DNA of 64,000 bases from Cyanophyceae cyanobacterium (lineage in GTDB: Bacteria; Cyanobacteriota; Cyanobacteriia; Cyanobacteriales; Laspinemataceae): assembly GCA_038321985.1 (NCBI GenBank), contig JBBQFN010000003.1, forward strand, positions 256,001-320,000, in the 5' to 3' direction. The position numbers and the translations under genes were made by a program. The notes under the pieces are model-generated. The model was not told the origin of the DNA, did no database searches, and saw nothing but the letters and a program-made list of their open reading frames with translations. This document shows, in pieces, positions 21,931-31,149 of this stretch. Position 1 is the first letter of the stretch, and every line of letters starts with the position of its first letter.

Positions 21931-23289
21931 ATGCATATCCTCGCTTTCTTGTCAAGCCTCTTAATTGCTCAAGCTCAACCGGCACCGGAACCCCAAGAAA
22001 TTGTCCAACCCCAATCCGTTCGCCCCTTACCGGGCAGACTGGATAATGTGCCGATGTTTAATAGCAATAGTCCCGAAAAAATCGGGAGTGAAGGCATTTT
22101 ACTCTCCACCTTTCCTCCCGATGGCAAACCATTTCCCTCCGCCCATCTCAACTTCCCCTTTCAAGGTCGCTTTGATATCTTTGCTCATCATGTGTTTGGG
22201 GACCGAGAACTTGATGATTTAACCCCAATGTATGTAGGAATCCTCGTTCATAATCCCACCCAAGAACCCGTTACCCTGAATATCCTCCAGGGAGCAAGTT
22301 ATCTCTCTCAACCGGATGCGCCGTTTGTTCAATTGCCACCCGTTGTGCCGAATCCTTTGGGAGAGGTTTTCGCAGGACCTGGAGGGCGAGTCACCAGTGA
22401 AATTCTGCGGGGACAGCGCCAAGATATCTGGCCCGCGCAACTGGTGATTCCACCTCAGTCAAGTCAAATGTTGATGAATTTGCCGATTCCAGTTCGCACC
22501 TTAGAACCGCCTCTAAATGGTCGTTCGACCTTAATGCGGTTGTCCAGTAGTGGGCAAGTCTATGTGGCGAGTTTGGCGATGTATGCGCGGCAGGATGCCA
22601 GCGGGAATGAGCGATCGCCTACTCTGGAGGAATGGCAGCAGCTTTTAGAGTCGGCAGATGTGGCAACTCCGCGCGATCGGACTCCCACTCCCCCCGACCA
22701 AACCGAGGGCCAAAGGATCTACGGTCGAGTCGCCGGGGTGTCCCAGGGTTCAGCGTGGGTTGGTCAATTGGTCGATCGCCCAGATATTCAAGGTTTGAGT
22801 ATTCCTCCATCAGGACAAGGGTTTTCCTACGCGATCGCCTCCTTACCCGGGGGACGATTGGGGACTCAACAGGTGCAAAGTGCGCCGATGTTAGTACGCT
22901 ATCCCGACACGGCCTATGGTGCTCACGGAAACTATGGCCTAGAATACCGTTTAAGTTTACCTCTGATCAACGAAACGGAGGCTACAGAAACGGTGACAGT
23001 CAGCTTACAAACCCCGTTAAAAGAAGAGAGTTTGACTCAACCTGGGTTAAGGTTTTTAGACCCTCCGGGACCCCAGGTATTTTTTCGGGGAACGGTACGA
23101 GTTCGCTATAGCGATGATTTAGGAGTCCCAACGACGCGCTATTGGCATTTGGTGCAGCGTCGGGGACAAATTGGCGAACCCTTAGCGACCCTGGAAATGC
23201 CCCCGGGCAGTCGCCGTTTAGTGGAGGTCGATTTGATTTATCCTCCCGATGCGACCCCACCTCAGGTCCTCACGATTCAGTCTCGCTAA
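21931..23289 (+). CDS. DUF3370-family exported protein
   Basis: Signal-like MHILAFLSSLLIAQA, then VRPLPG.LD.VPMFNSNSPE, EGILLSTFP, HGNYG and YPPDATPPQVLTI. Confidence 0.8.
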   Translation: MHILAFLSSLLIAQAQPAPEPQEIVQPQSVRPLPGRLDNVPMFNSNSPEKIGSEGILLSTFPPDGKPFPSAHLNFPFQGRFDIFAHHVFGDRELDDLTPMYVGILVHNPTQEPVTLNILQGASYLSQPDAPFVQLPPVVPNPLGEVFAGPGGRVTSEILRGQRQDIWPAQLVIPPQSSQMLMNLPIPVRTLEPPLNGRSTLMRLSSSGQVYVASLAMYARQDASGNERSPTLEEWQQLLESADVATPRDRTPTPPDQTEGQRIYGRVAGVSQGSAWVGQLVDRPDIQGLSIPPSGQGFSYAIASLPGGRLGTQQVQSAPMLVRYPDTAYGAHGNYGLEYRLSLPLINETEATETVTVSLQTPLKEESLTQPGLRFLDPPGPQVFFRGTVRVRYSDDLGVPTTRYWHLVQRRGQIGEPLATLEMPPGSRRLVEVDLIYPPDATPPQVLTIQSR

Positions 23290-23541
23290 GTTAGGGATCA
23301 ACGCTTCTGGGTCTCGTCCTCGGTCATCAATTCTGCCCTAAATCGGTAGGTTTTAGAGCCAAAAGAGGTTGCTGTGATCGCGCCTCTTTTCCCTGGGGTA
23401 TGTTGCCTTTATGTGTGATATCAATCACGGCGAATGAAGATTGATATCACCGACTATTTTTCCCTAGATCACCGGATATTCTCGGGGGTTAGTTGATACT
23501 TAAACTATCCCTTTATATTGGTCGTGATGCCACTTCACGCT

Positions 23542-23727
23542 ATGCTTTATCAATCCAGAATTTCAGACGTATTTTTTCAAGCCTGGAAAGCCGGGTACAT
23601 TAGTCGTTATCAACACACACAGCTAATCCAACCTGGATTAGTAAGCCGACTAAATGAAGAAGACCAAGCGGCGCTTACTCGCTTATCTCACGCGATTAAA
23701 CGAGGATGGCTGGAAGTGATTGATTAA
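23542..23727 (+). CDS. Small cyanobacterial hypothetical protein (family copy 1)
   Basis: ISDVFFQAWKAGYIS...LNEEDQAALTRLSHAIKRGWLEV aligns with the ORF at 30194-30397. Start uncertain (23527 or 23542). Confidence 0.7.
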   Translation: MLYQSRISDVFFQAWKAGYISRYQHTQLIQPGLVSRLNEEDQAALTRLSHAIKRGWLEVID

Positions 23728-24022
23728 TATTTTAACCGTTTGGTTTGAGGAGATATTTGATAAAATTTCAGGCTTGACTAAGCCCTTTCTGTTTTCCCTG
23801 TTTTAGTAGAACTTTTGGTTCATATTTTTTCCTATCTCTGTTCGGTCCAACTCTGCACGTTATTTGTAGAGTTTTTTTTTGCCGATTTAGTTAAAGTTTT
23901 AGGAAATAAACCCAAGAAAAGAATTAACCAACCCAGACCCTTTAAAAAAATTAAGGTTACACCCTGAAGATGCACCGGATTAATGTTTAAAGATCGCCCT
24001 GCTTGGGTGTGGCAATTAAAAG

Positions 24023-24094
24023 TGGGTCACCGGGGGCTCGAACCCCGAACCAACGGATTAAGAGTCCGATGCTCTACCATTGAGCTAGTGACCC
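24023..24094 (-). tRNA. tRNA-Lys (CTT)
   Basis: GGGTCACTAGCTCAATGGTAGAGCATCGGA-CTCTTAA-TCCGTTGGTTCGGGGTTCGAGCCCCCGGTGACCCA folds as a cloverleaf. CCA not encoded. Confidence 0.96.
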
Positions 24095-24149
24095 AGATTA
24101 ATCAATATAACACAGGGGAAGGGTTTAAGTCAATAGACCCACTCCAGTT

Positions 24150-25004
24150 TCAGGCGACTGCATGGATGGGTTTGGGAAGCGCTATGAAATCATGGTCTTT
24201 GAGGAGTTTGTAGAGATTGACTTCAGTTTCCAGTAAACAGGCATGACCGCTATCAGGTAATAGAACTTGTTTAGCCTTGGGAATGCAATAGGTCAAGCGG
24301 GTGGCTTCGGCAGCAGAGGGTAACAGCCGATCGCCGGTACTGGCAATCACTAACACAGGTTGACGGATGCGACTTAACTCGTGGGAGTCAATCTCAAACT
24401 CTCGGAGTAAATTCACTCGCCAAGTGCTTGTAGGTTGGGGGACTGACTGCATCGCCGCTAACAAATCATTGCGTTCTCGACGGGCGATGCGACCCAGGGA
24501 GGCTAAAAAGGGTAATAGACCCATGACGGATAAAGCGTAGATGGGCGGGGGTAACCATCCCGTCAGGTGGGAGCCAAAATGGAGCCATGCTTGGCCCATA
24601 AAACAAGAGGCGGGATTAACTAAAATCAATCGATCAAATAGTTCGGGGGCTTGCAGCGCGATTTTCATAGCCAAGCAACCGCCAAAAGACTCGCCACACA
24701 GATAAACCGTAGGGGGGCGACTCTGCCGAAATTGCGATCGTAACAATGCGACGACTTTTTCGGTTAATTGGCCCCACGAGGATAAATCGTGGGCCGGCAT
24801 TGCTAGAGATTGGATATTAAAGGCGTTAGAGAGTCCTTTGTTAATTTGCGATCGCAGAAGTTCCCCGGTTCCATCCATCCCGGGTAAATAAACGAATAAT
24901 GGCAAATCAGGTTTAAAAGTTGAGGGGTTTGAAAACTGAAACCTCTGGTTAAAATTGTGCATGAGTGAACCCATATCTTTTTTCCCTAAAAATTTTAATT
25001 TCAA
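24150..25004 (-). CDS. Alpha/beta-fold hydrolase (like the ELT/PES N-terminal domain)
   Basis: YLPGMDGTG, nucleophile elbow GESFGG, DRLLPS, SGHACLLE. Start uncertain. Confidence 0.85.
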   Translation of the reverse strand: MKLKFLGKKDMGSLMHNFNQRFQFSNPSTFKPDLPLFVYLPGMDGTGELLRSQINKGLSNAFNIQSLAMPAHDLSSWGQLTEKVVALLRSQFRQSRPPTVYLCGESFGGCLAMKIALQAPELFDRLILVNPASCFMGQAWLHFGSHLTGWLPPPIYALSVMGLLPFLASLGRIARRERNDLLAAMQSVPQPTSTWRVNLLREFEIDSHELSRIRQPVLVIASTGDRLLPSAAEATRLTYCIPKAKQVLLPDSGHACLLETEVNLYKLLKDHDFIALPKPIHAVA

Positions 25005-25010
25005 CCCCGT

Positions 25011-25736
25011 TTAATAACAGCCTTTCACGAGTAAACCCGCAATTTCTTCCCGGCAGCGGTCGGTAATTTCATTGACTAGGCGTTTGCCTGATTTACCCGG
25101 ATAGCCTTGTTTTTGTGCCGGGGTAATCCAATACGGACGACCGATCAGGACATTGACTCGACGATAAATCACCATAGGGTGGAATCCATCCTGTTGGAAA
25201 TGAGGCTCAGAGGGGTCAAATAGACTTAACATTCGCACGGGGAGCCCGTAAAGCACTTGTTCTTCCATTGAGGCGATCGCCACCGGCACAATCGCCAGTT
25301 CTGATACCTTGGCACTCAAAGCTAAATGGGCGAACCCCCGATGAAACTCCCCAACTTCCGAAGGCGGGGTTAACCGGACCATAGGAGTTGCTCCTTCTGG
25401 AAACACTCCAATCGCCGATTGTTGTAGTAGTAGCTTACTCCCTTGGCGAAAAAAGCGATGCTGTTGTGGCCCGTATGCCTCCAACACCAAGCACCCCAAC
25501 TCCGTCACGAATTCTCGTAACAGGGGCACTTGGCCCATATAATGATGACAGGCAAAGTGGATCGAGCGTCCTATTCCTGCCATTAGTAAGGGGGCGTCCA
25601 TAAAGCTGCGATGATTGCTCACGATCAAAGCGGCACCTTCTTGGGGAACGCGGTCCCGGTAGTAGATGAAGGTGCGGGTGCCAAAGGCATTTAGAAACCC
25701 GTGTGAAATTTGCAGTGGCCTATCTTCTAATGACAT
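25011..25736 (-). CDS. Lysophospholipid/glycerolipid acyltransferase (PlsC-like)
   Basis: NHRSFMD (HX4D), VFPEG, IVPVAI. Confidence 0.85.
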   Translation of the reverse strand: MSLEDRPLQISHGFLNAFGTRTFIYYRDRVPQEGAALIVSNHRSFMDAPLLMAGIGRSIHFACHHYMGQVPLLREFVTELGCLVLEAYGPQQHRFFRQGSKLLLQQSAIGVFPEGATPMVRLTPPSEVGEFHRGFAHLALSAKVSELAIVPVAIASMEEQVLYGLPVRMLSLFDPSEPHFQQDGFHPMVIYRRVNVLIGRPYWITPAQKQGYPGKSGKRLVNEITDRCREEIAGLLVKGCY

Positions 25737-26403
25737 TTTAAGGGCGCGATCGACTATGAGCCTTGGAAAATTCCGCAACTTCCAAGCAGGTTTACATCGG
25801 GTAAGAGCGTTTGTAAACTATTATAAAGTACAGATTAATGTCCGGCTTTTCAAGAGAGCCAGGATTCTAATCGAGCTCCCCATCCTGGGTCCTCACCTAC
25901 TACCCTCTCTGAGGCAGGGATAGTAGTACCGCTTTCAGGTCTGGGGATCACCCAGGCGATAAATTTCCCCACGGGATAACCCGGTGTTCACAAGAAACCG
26001 TGCTATTTTCTTGCCCTAACCTACTCAGACTTTCTAAAATTGAGTAGAACAGGGCAACAAAGACCCGAGTTTTTGGGATCAATATATCTGCTTTGATCAC
26101 CGAAAAAGAGAGCAGACCCTGGCAGTTAGAAACCGGCGATCGCCGGAAAACCTATTCCGGAATTGTCCTCAATCAGACGGTCCCCCCTGGAAAATATGTA
26201 GAAATTCTTTAAAAATCTAGACAACAAAGCTCAACAAGTTTTAGAAAATCTTTAGAAAATCTTTAGATATCAGAGACATCACCTCTTGTAATAGAAGCCT
26301 CGATTCTGCTAAAAATTTTATAAAATGTCTAGTATAATGGAAGTTTGCCGCCCCTCATGTTACCATCGAAATAAAAGAATGGGGGTCGTTTTTAACCGAA
26401 TCC

Positions 26404-28008
26404 ATGAACTCTACCAAGACCAGTAAAAATACATTTGCTATTACAACACCGCTTTACTATGTAAACGATTTGCCTCACATTGGCAGCGCCTATACCACGA
26501 TTGCTGCCGATGTTATAGCGAGGTTTGAGCGACTTCGGGGGAAATCAGTCCTGCTGATTACCGGAACCGATGAACATGGGCAGAAAATAGAGCGGACAGC
26601 ACAGGAGTTAGGGCGATCGCCCCAAGAACACTGCGACATAATTGCCAGTGGATTTCTACTCTTGTGGGAAAAACTGAATATTGCCTACGACCGATTTAGT
26701 CGGACCACCAATCCCCGCCATGAAGCAGTCGTTAAACAATTTTTCCAGCGCGTCTGGGATAAGGATGATATTTATTTAAGCCAGCAAACAGGTTGGTACT
26801 GTGTTGCTTGCGAAGAATTTAAAGAAAAACGTGAACTCCTAGAGGACAATCACTGTCCGATGCATCCCAACCGGGAAGTCGAATGGCGTGATGAGCAGAA
26901 CTACTTTTTTCGCCTCTCTAAATACCAACCGCAACTGGAGGCCCTCTATCAAGAGCGCCCTGACTTCATCCGGCCCCCAAGCCGTCGCAACGAAGTCTTG
27001 AGCTTTGTCCAACAAGGACTGCAAGACTTCTCCATTTCTCGGGTTAATGTCGAGTGGGGTTTTCCTGTGCCCGTGGACCCAAAGCAGACCCTCTATGTTT
27101 GGTTTGACGCCCTTTTGGGATATGTAACGGCCCTGCTAGAACCCGATGAAGAACCCACCCTAGAGAATGCCTTATCAAAATGGTGGCCGATTAATCTACA
27201 CCTAATTGGCAAAGACATTTTGCGATTTCACGCGGTGTATTGGCCGGCGATGCTGATGTCCGCAGGGATGCCGGTTTCCGGTAGCCTGTTTGGACATGGG
27301 TTTTTAACCAAAGATGGTCAGAAAATTAGCAAAACTTTGGGTAATATTATTGACCCATTAGATTTAGTCGAACGGTACGGATCCGATGCGATTCGTTACT
27401 ACTTTCTGAAAGAAATTGAATTTGGACGGGACGGGGATTTTAACGAAACGCGTTTTATCAATATTCTCAATGCTGATCTAGCGAATGACCTTGGAAATTT
27501 ACTGAATCGGACCTTGGGCATGGTCAAAAAGTATTGTCAGGGTCAGGTGCCGAACGTCAGCCCCGAGGAAATTGCCTCAGACAATGGGTTAAAAGCCGCA
27601 GGTGCAACTTTAGGCGATCGCGTCACCCATGCTTATGAGGGGCTGCAATTTAGCCAAGGATGTGAAGATATTCTATCCTTGGTGCGGGGCTGCAACAAGT
27701 ACATCGACGAACAGGCACCTTGGAAACTCTATAAGCAGGGGGAACAGCAGGCCGTTGAGCAAGTGCTCTATGCTGTTTTAGAGTCCGTCCGGCTGGCCGC
27801 TTATCTACTCTCTCCCGTGATCCCGAATATCAGCACGGCGATTTATCAGCAACTCGGGTATTCGATTGATTTTAATGAGCAAACCTCTATCGCGAGTGCG
27901 CTGAATTTTCCAACTCATTCCACCTGGGGGATTCTCAGTGCCGATCGCGTGTTGGGAGAACCTAAACCCGTTTTTGCTCGCCTGGAGTTGGTCAACCCCG
28001 TAGCTTAA
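26404..28008 (+). CDS. metG: Methionyl-tRNA synthetase (short form)
   Basis: TTPLYYVN..PHIGSAY, TGTDEHG, YVWFDAL, GKDILRFH, KISKT. Confidence 0.97.
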   Translation: MNSTKTSKNTFAITTPLYYVNDLPHIGSAYTTIAADVIARFERLRGKSVLLITGTDEHGQKIERTAQELGRSPQEHCDIIASGFLLLWEKLNIAYDRFSRTTNPRHEAVVKQFFQRVWDKDDIYLSQQTGWYCVACEEFKEKRELLEDNHCPMHPNREVEWRDEQNYFFRLSKYQPQLEALYQERPDFIRPPSRRNEVLSFVQQGLQDFSISRVNVEWGFPVPVDPKQTLYVWFDALLGYVTALLEPDEEPTLENALSKWWPINLHLIGKDILRFHAVYWPAMLMSAGMPVSGSLFGHGFLTKDGQKISKTLGNIIDPLDLVERYGSDAIRYYFLKEIEFGRDGDFNETRFINILNADLANDLGNLLNRTLGMVKKYCQGQVPNVSPEEIASDNGLKAAGATLGDRVTHAYEGLQFSQGCEDILSLVRGCNKYIDEQAPWKLYKQGEQQAVEQVLYAVLESVRLAAYLLSPVIPNISTAIYQQLGYSIDFNEQTSIASALNFPTHSTWGILSADRVLGEPKPVFARLELVNPVA

Positions 28009-28254
28009 AAGCAGGGCGATCGCCAAAGTTCACGAGAAAAGAGCGAGTAGAATTATCGAGTATAGGGGGTGGGGGTAAAGAGGGGTCCCTATCCCATTCA
28101 CACAAAAACGATAATCGGGGCGTTAGGGCACCGTTCCGGTATATCATCAGTTGCCATCGGTTCAACCTACTCCGGTGACAACTGGGCCACTCCCTCTATC
28201 ATAGATAATATGAAAAATCAATTTCCCGATAAAAAAAACTGAGGAATAACAACC

Positions 28255-28866
28255 ATGTTGCATCATCATCCAGAAAACAACAACATATTTACCCCAGAAC
28301 AGGTTTTAGAAAATCGTGGTCGCGTTGCGATTTTTATTGATGGCTCGAATTTATTTTATGCGGCCTTGCAGTTGGGAATAGAAATCGACTATACCAAGCT
28401 CCTATGTCGCTTGACTGCGGGTTCCCGGCTACTGCGTTCCTTTTTCTATACCGGCGTCGATCGCACCAATGAAAAACAACAGGGATTTTTGTTGTGGATG
28501 CGTCGCAATGGTTATCGCGTGATCTCAAAAGATTTAGTTCAGCTTCCCGATGGCTCCAAAAAAGCAAACTTGGATGTGGAAATTGCGGTGGACATGATGG
28601 CATTGGTTGGTTCCTATGACACCGCAGTGTTAGTCAGTGGGGATGGAGACCTCGCTTATTCAGTTGATGCCGTTAGCTATCGTGGGGTGAGAGTGGAAGT
28701 GGTCAGCCTACGCTCAATGACAAGCGATAGTTTAATTAACGTTGCCGATCGCTATATTGACCTAGAATCCATCAAGGAAGATATTCAAAAAACTCCCAGG
28801 CAACCGAATTATACCTACCGACCGCTTTCTACTATTAGCATGATGGATGAGGTGGAAGACCGCTAA
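28255..28866 (+). CDS. NYN / LabA-DUF88 family protein
   Basis: IFIDGSNL, KKANLDVEIAVDM, VSGDGDL, L..VADRYID. Confidence 0.9.
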   Translation: MLHHHPENNNIFTPEQVLENRGRVAIFIDGSNLFYAALQLGIEIDYTKLLCRLTAGSRLLRSFFYTGVDRTNEKQQGFLLWMRRNGYRVISKDLVQLPDGSKKANLDVEIAVDMMALVGSYDTAVLVSGDGDLAYSVDAVSYRGVRVEVVSLRSMTSDSLINVADRYIDLESIKEDIQKTPRQPNYTYRPLSTISMMDEVEDR

Positions 28867-28904
28867 CTTATTCTGGACTCAGACATCAACGGTAACTATT
28901 AAAA

Positions 28905-30068
28905 GTGAAAAATTCATTTTTTTTCCTTTTGCTTTTATACGCCTTACTGGGATTAGGGTTACCTAGTTGTGCCTTTTTTAAAAAGGGCAACACTCCGCAG
29001 GTAACCGAGGGAGAAGAAGCACGGGATAAAACGTTAACATTTAACGATGTCACTCTGGAACAAGCTAATGCTGAAGGCGAAATCGTATGGAAAGTGCGAG
29101 CGCCTTCAGCCACATACAATGATGAAAAGAAAATTACCTATTTAGAAACCCCAACGGGAGAACTATTCCAACAAGGTCAGTTAGTCTATAAAATAGAGTC
29201 CCAAAAGGGTGAAGTTCATGGTGACGGATCTAAAATTATTCTCCAGAACCAGATTGTTGCAACGGAAGTTACAAATAAGGCCGTAATCCGTGCCGACGAA
29301 TTAGAATGGTTACCGGCAGAAGATTTGCTGGTTGTTCGCAATAACGTCCAGGGAACCCATCCAGATATCCAGATTACGACGAATGAAGCACGCCTTCAAA
29401 GTCAACTTCAGCGCATGGAATTGCTAGGTAATGTGGTCGCAACCACTCAAAAAAATCCCGTGTTGCAAATGCGTTCCGAGGGGGTGGTATGGCAGATGGA
29501 CACGGACGAAATTATCAGCGATCGCCCGGTGCAAATTGATCGTTATCTGTGTGAAAATCCGCAAAATTGTCCAGCCAGTGATAAGGCTGTAGGGGATCGC
29601 GGTCAATTGAATCTAAAGACTAATATCCTGACTCTGGAACAACAAGTTCAAATCACCTTGAGTCAACCGGCTATTACCATCAATAGCGACTTGATGCGTT
29701 GGAATATTCCCGCTCAAAGTGTGACTAGCGAACGTCGGGTAACCATTGTGAATCCGCAGCAACAGTTGACCTTAATGGGCGATCGCGGTACCCTGGAACT
29801 GAAAAGTTCAATTGTGAATTTAGCGGGTAATGTATCTGGTGTGCGTGAGCGCCCTGCATCAGAGTTCAAAGCCGATCGCATGACTTGGGTGATCCCCACG
29901 GAAGAGTTTCAAGCCGAGGGAAATGTTTTTTATCGCCAAGCTGATCCTCCGTTTACGGTAACTGGACCTAAAGCTGTTGGCAAACTTCAGGACCAAAGTA
30001 TTGTCATCACCGGGGGTGATGTAGTTACGGATGTAATTCCGGATAGCACTAATATCCGAAGGGAGTGA
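28905..30068 (+). CDS. lptC: LPS export periplasmic protein LptC (cyanobacterial long form)
   Basis: Lipobox LPSC, LEQAN.EG..VWKV.A, repeated beta-jellyroll segments. Context metG-NYN-lptC. Confidence 0.75.
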   Translation: MKNSFFFLLLLYALLGLGLPSCAFFKKGNTPQVTEGEEARDKTLTFNDVTLEQANAEGEIVWKVRAPSATYNDEKKITYLETPTGELFQQGQLVYKIESQKGEVHGDGSKIILQNQIVATEVTNKAVIRADELEWLPAEDLLVVRNNVQGTHPDIQITTNEARLQSQLQRMELLGNVVATTQKNPVLQMRSEGVVWQMDTDEIISDRPVQIDRYLCENPQNCPASDKAVGDRGQLNLKTNILTLEQQVQITLSQPAITINSDLMRWNIPAQSVTSERRVTIVNPQQQLTLMGDRGTLELKSSIVNLAGNVSGVRERPASEFKADRMTWVIPTEEFQAEGNVFYRQADPPFTVTGPKAVGKLQDQSIVITGGDVVTDVIPDSTNIRRE

Positions 30069-30193
30069 GGAATAGGAAAATTAGGACCGCTCAGGGCAGA
30101 GTTTAAATTTTTATCGGAATTTTCTCTCTTTTCTCCGCGAAAAAATAAGCCGAAGGTGCCAAGAGAGAGGGCAATTAAACTGGAAGAGGCTGT

Positions 30194-30397
30194 TTAGTCG
30201 TTGGTTAATTGTAACCATCCGCGACGGACTGCGTAAATGAGGCGATCAATTGAGCTTTGTTCCTCTTTAGGGAGGCTATCTTGTAACAGAGTGACTTTTA
30301 GATATTGTCGGTGTTCCCGCGTTAGGTGTCCTGAGGCGTAAATTAGAAAGAACAATTCGGAAAGATTGAATTGGGAAATTAAAAATTGAGTATTCAT
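30194..30397 (-). CDS. Small cyanobacterial hypothetical protein (family copy 2)
   Basis: LSELFFLIYASGHLTREHR..L...LL..SLPKEEQSSIDRLIYAVRRGWLQL. Confidence 0.75.
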   Translation of the reverse strand: MNTQFLISQFNLSELFFLIYASGHLTREHRQYLKVTLLQDSLPKEEQSSIDRLIYAVRRGWLQLTND

Positions 30398-31149
30398 TAG
30401 AAGGGGGTTAAATTTTAATGGCTTTATTCTAACATGACTTTTTTTTAAGGTTTGAGTGCGATTGCTACCCCTAATGTGAAGTGATATATAGCGGTTTCCG
30501 GACTCAGGAGGTACTCCTATAAGCTGTATGGAATTCCGGAGATTTTAAGGGTTAAATTTAAGAAGTTAAAGTTGAAATAGTAAAAGCGTGGGTTTAAGTT
30601 TTAAAAACAGAGAAATCTTAATTATTCAGACCCTAGATTGAGGAGGGGAAGCATCTGCTCTTCCCTGCTACATAGCAAGAACAAAAAACTCCCCTTTTTT
30701 GACAAGAGGTGCAATTTTCAATGAGACTCACTCTATAGGGATTATCCCTAGTTTTTGCTCGTTAAAAATTTAATTAAAATCCCTGGTAAATCCAGAGTGT
30801 GAAAAATAGAGAGAAAATTTCATTACAGGCCCGCGTCCCCTTGGACCAATGCAGAGCAGTATAACGGACCCAATTCAGGACTGGGAGTCAGTGACTCAGG
30901 AGGTCAGTTAATGCCATGATTGATCCAGATAGTCAAGAAGGGGTTGAAAGTCTTTGTTGGGGTAAATTAAGGCGGCTTAGCGTTCCTGAAATTCTATTAC
31001 CTCGATCAGTTATCATAACCTTTAAGGGGGCGGGTTAAAACCTGTAATGCAATTTCATCCGCCCACTCCAGCCTGACAGCTTTCATCGCTGGTTTTCGTC
31101 AGTTAGTTGTTTTTTTAAACTCCCCACTCACCCCTTGACTCGAAAGCTT

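Noticed and set aside
17500..24094. tRNA-Lys-anchored integrative island containing the defence genes
   Set aside because: No integrase and no duplicated tRNA 3' end seen, and an ordinary DUF3370 gene intervenes.
26239..26268. TTTAGAAAATC tandem repeat upstream of metG; AATCTAA heptamers near 45930
   Set aside because: Only 2-3 low-complexity copies, typical cyanobacterial short tandem repeats with no supportable function.
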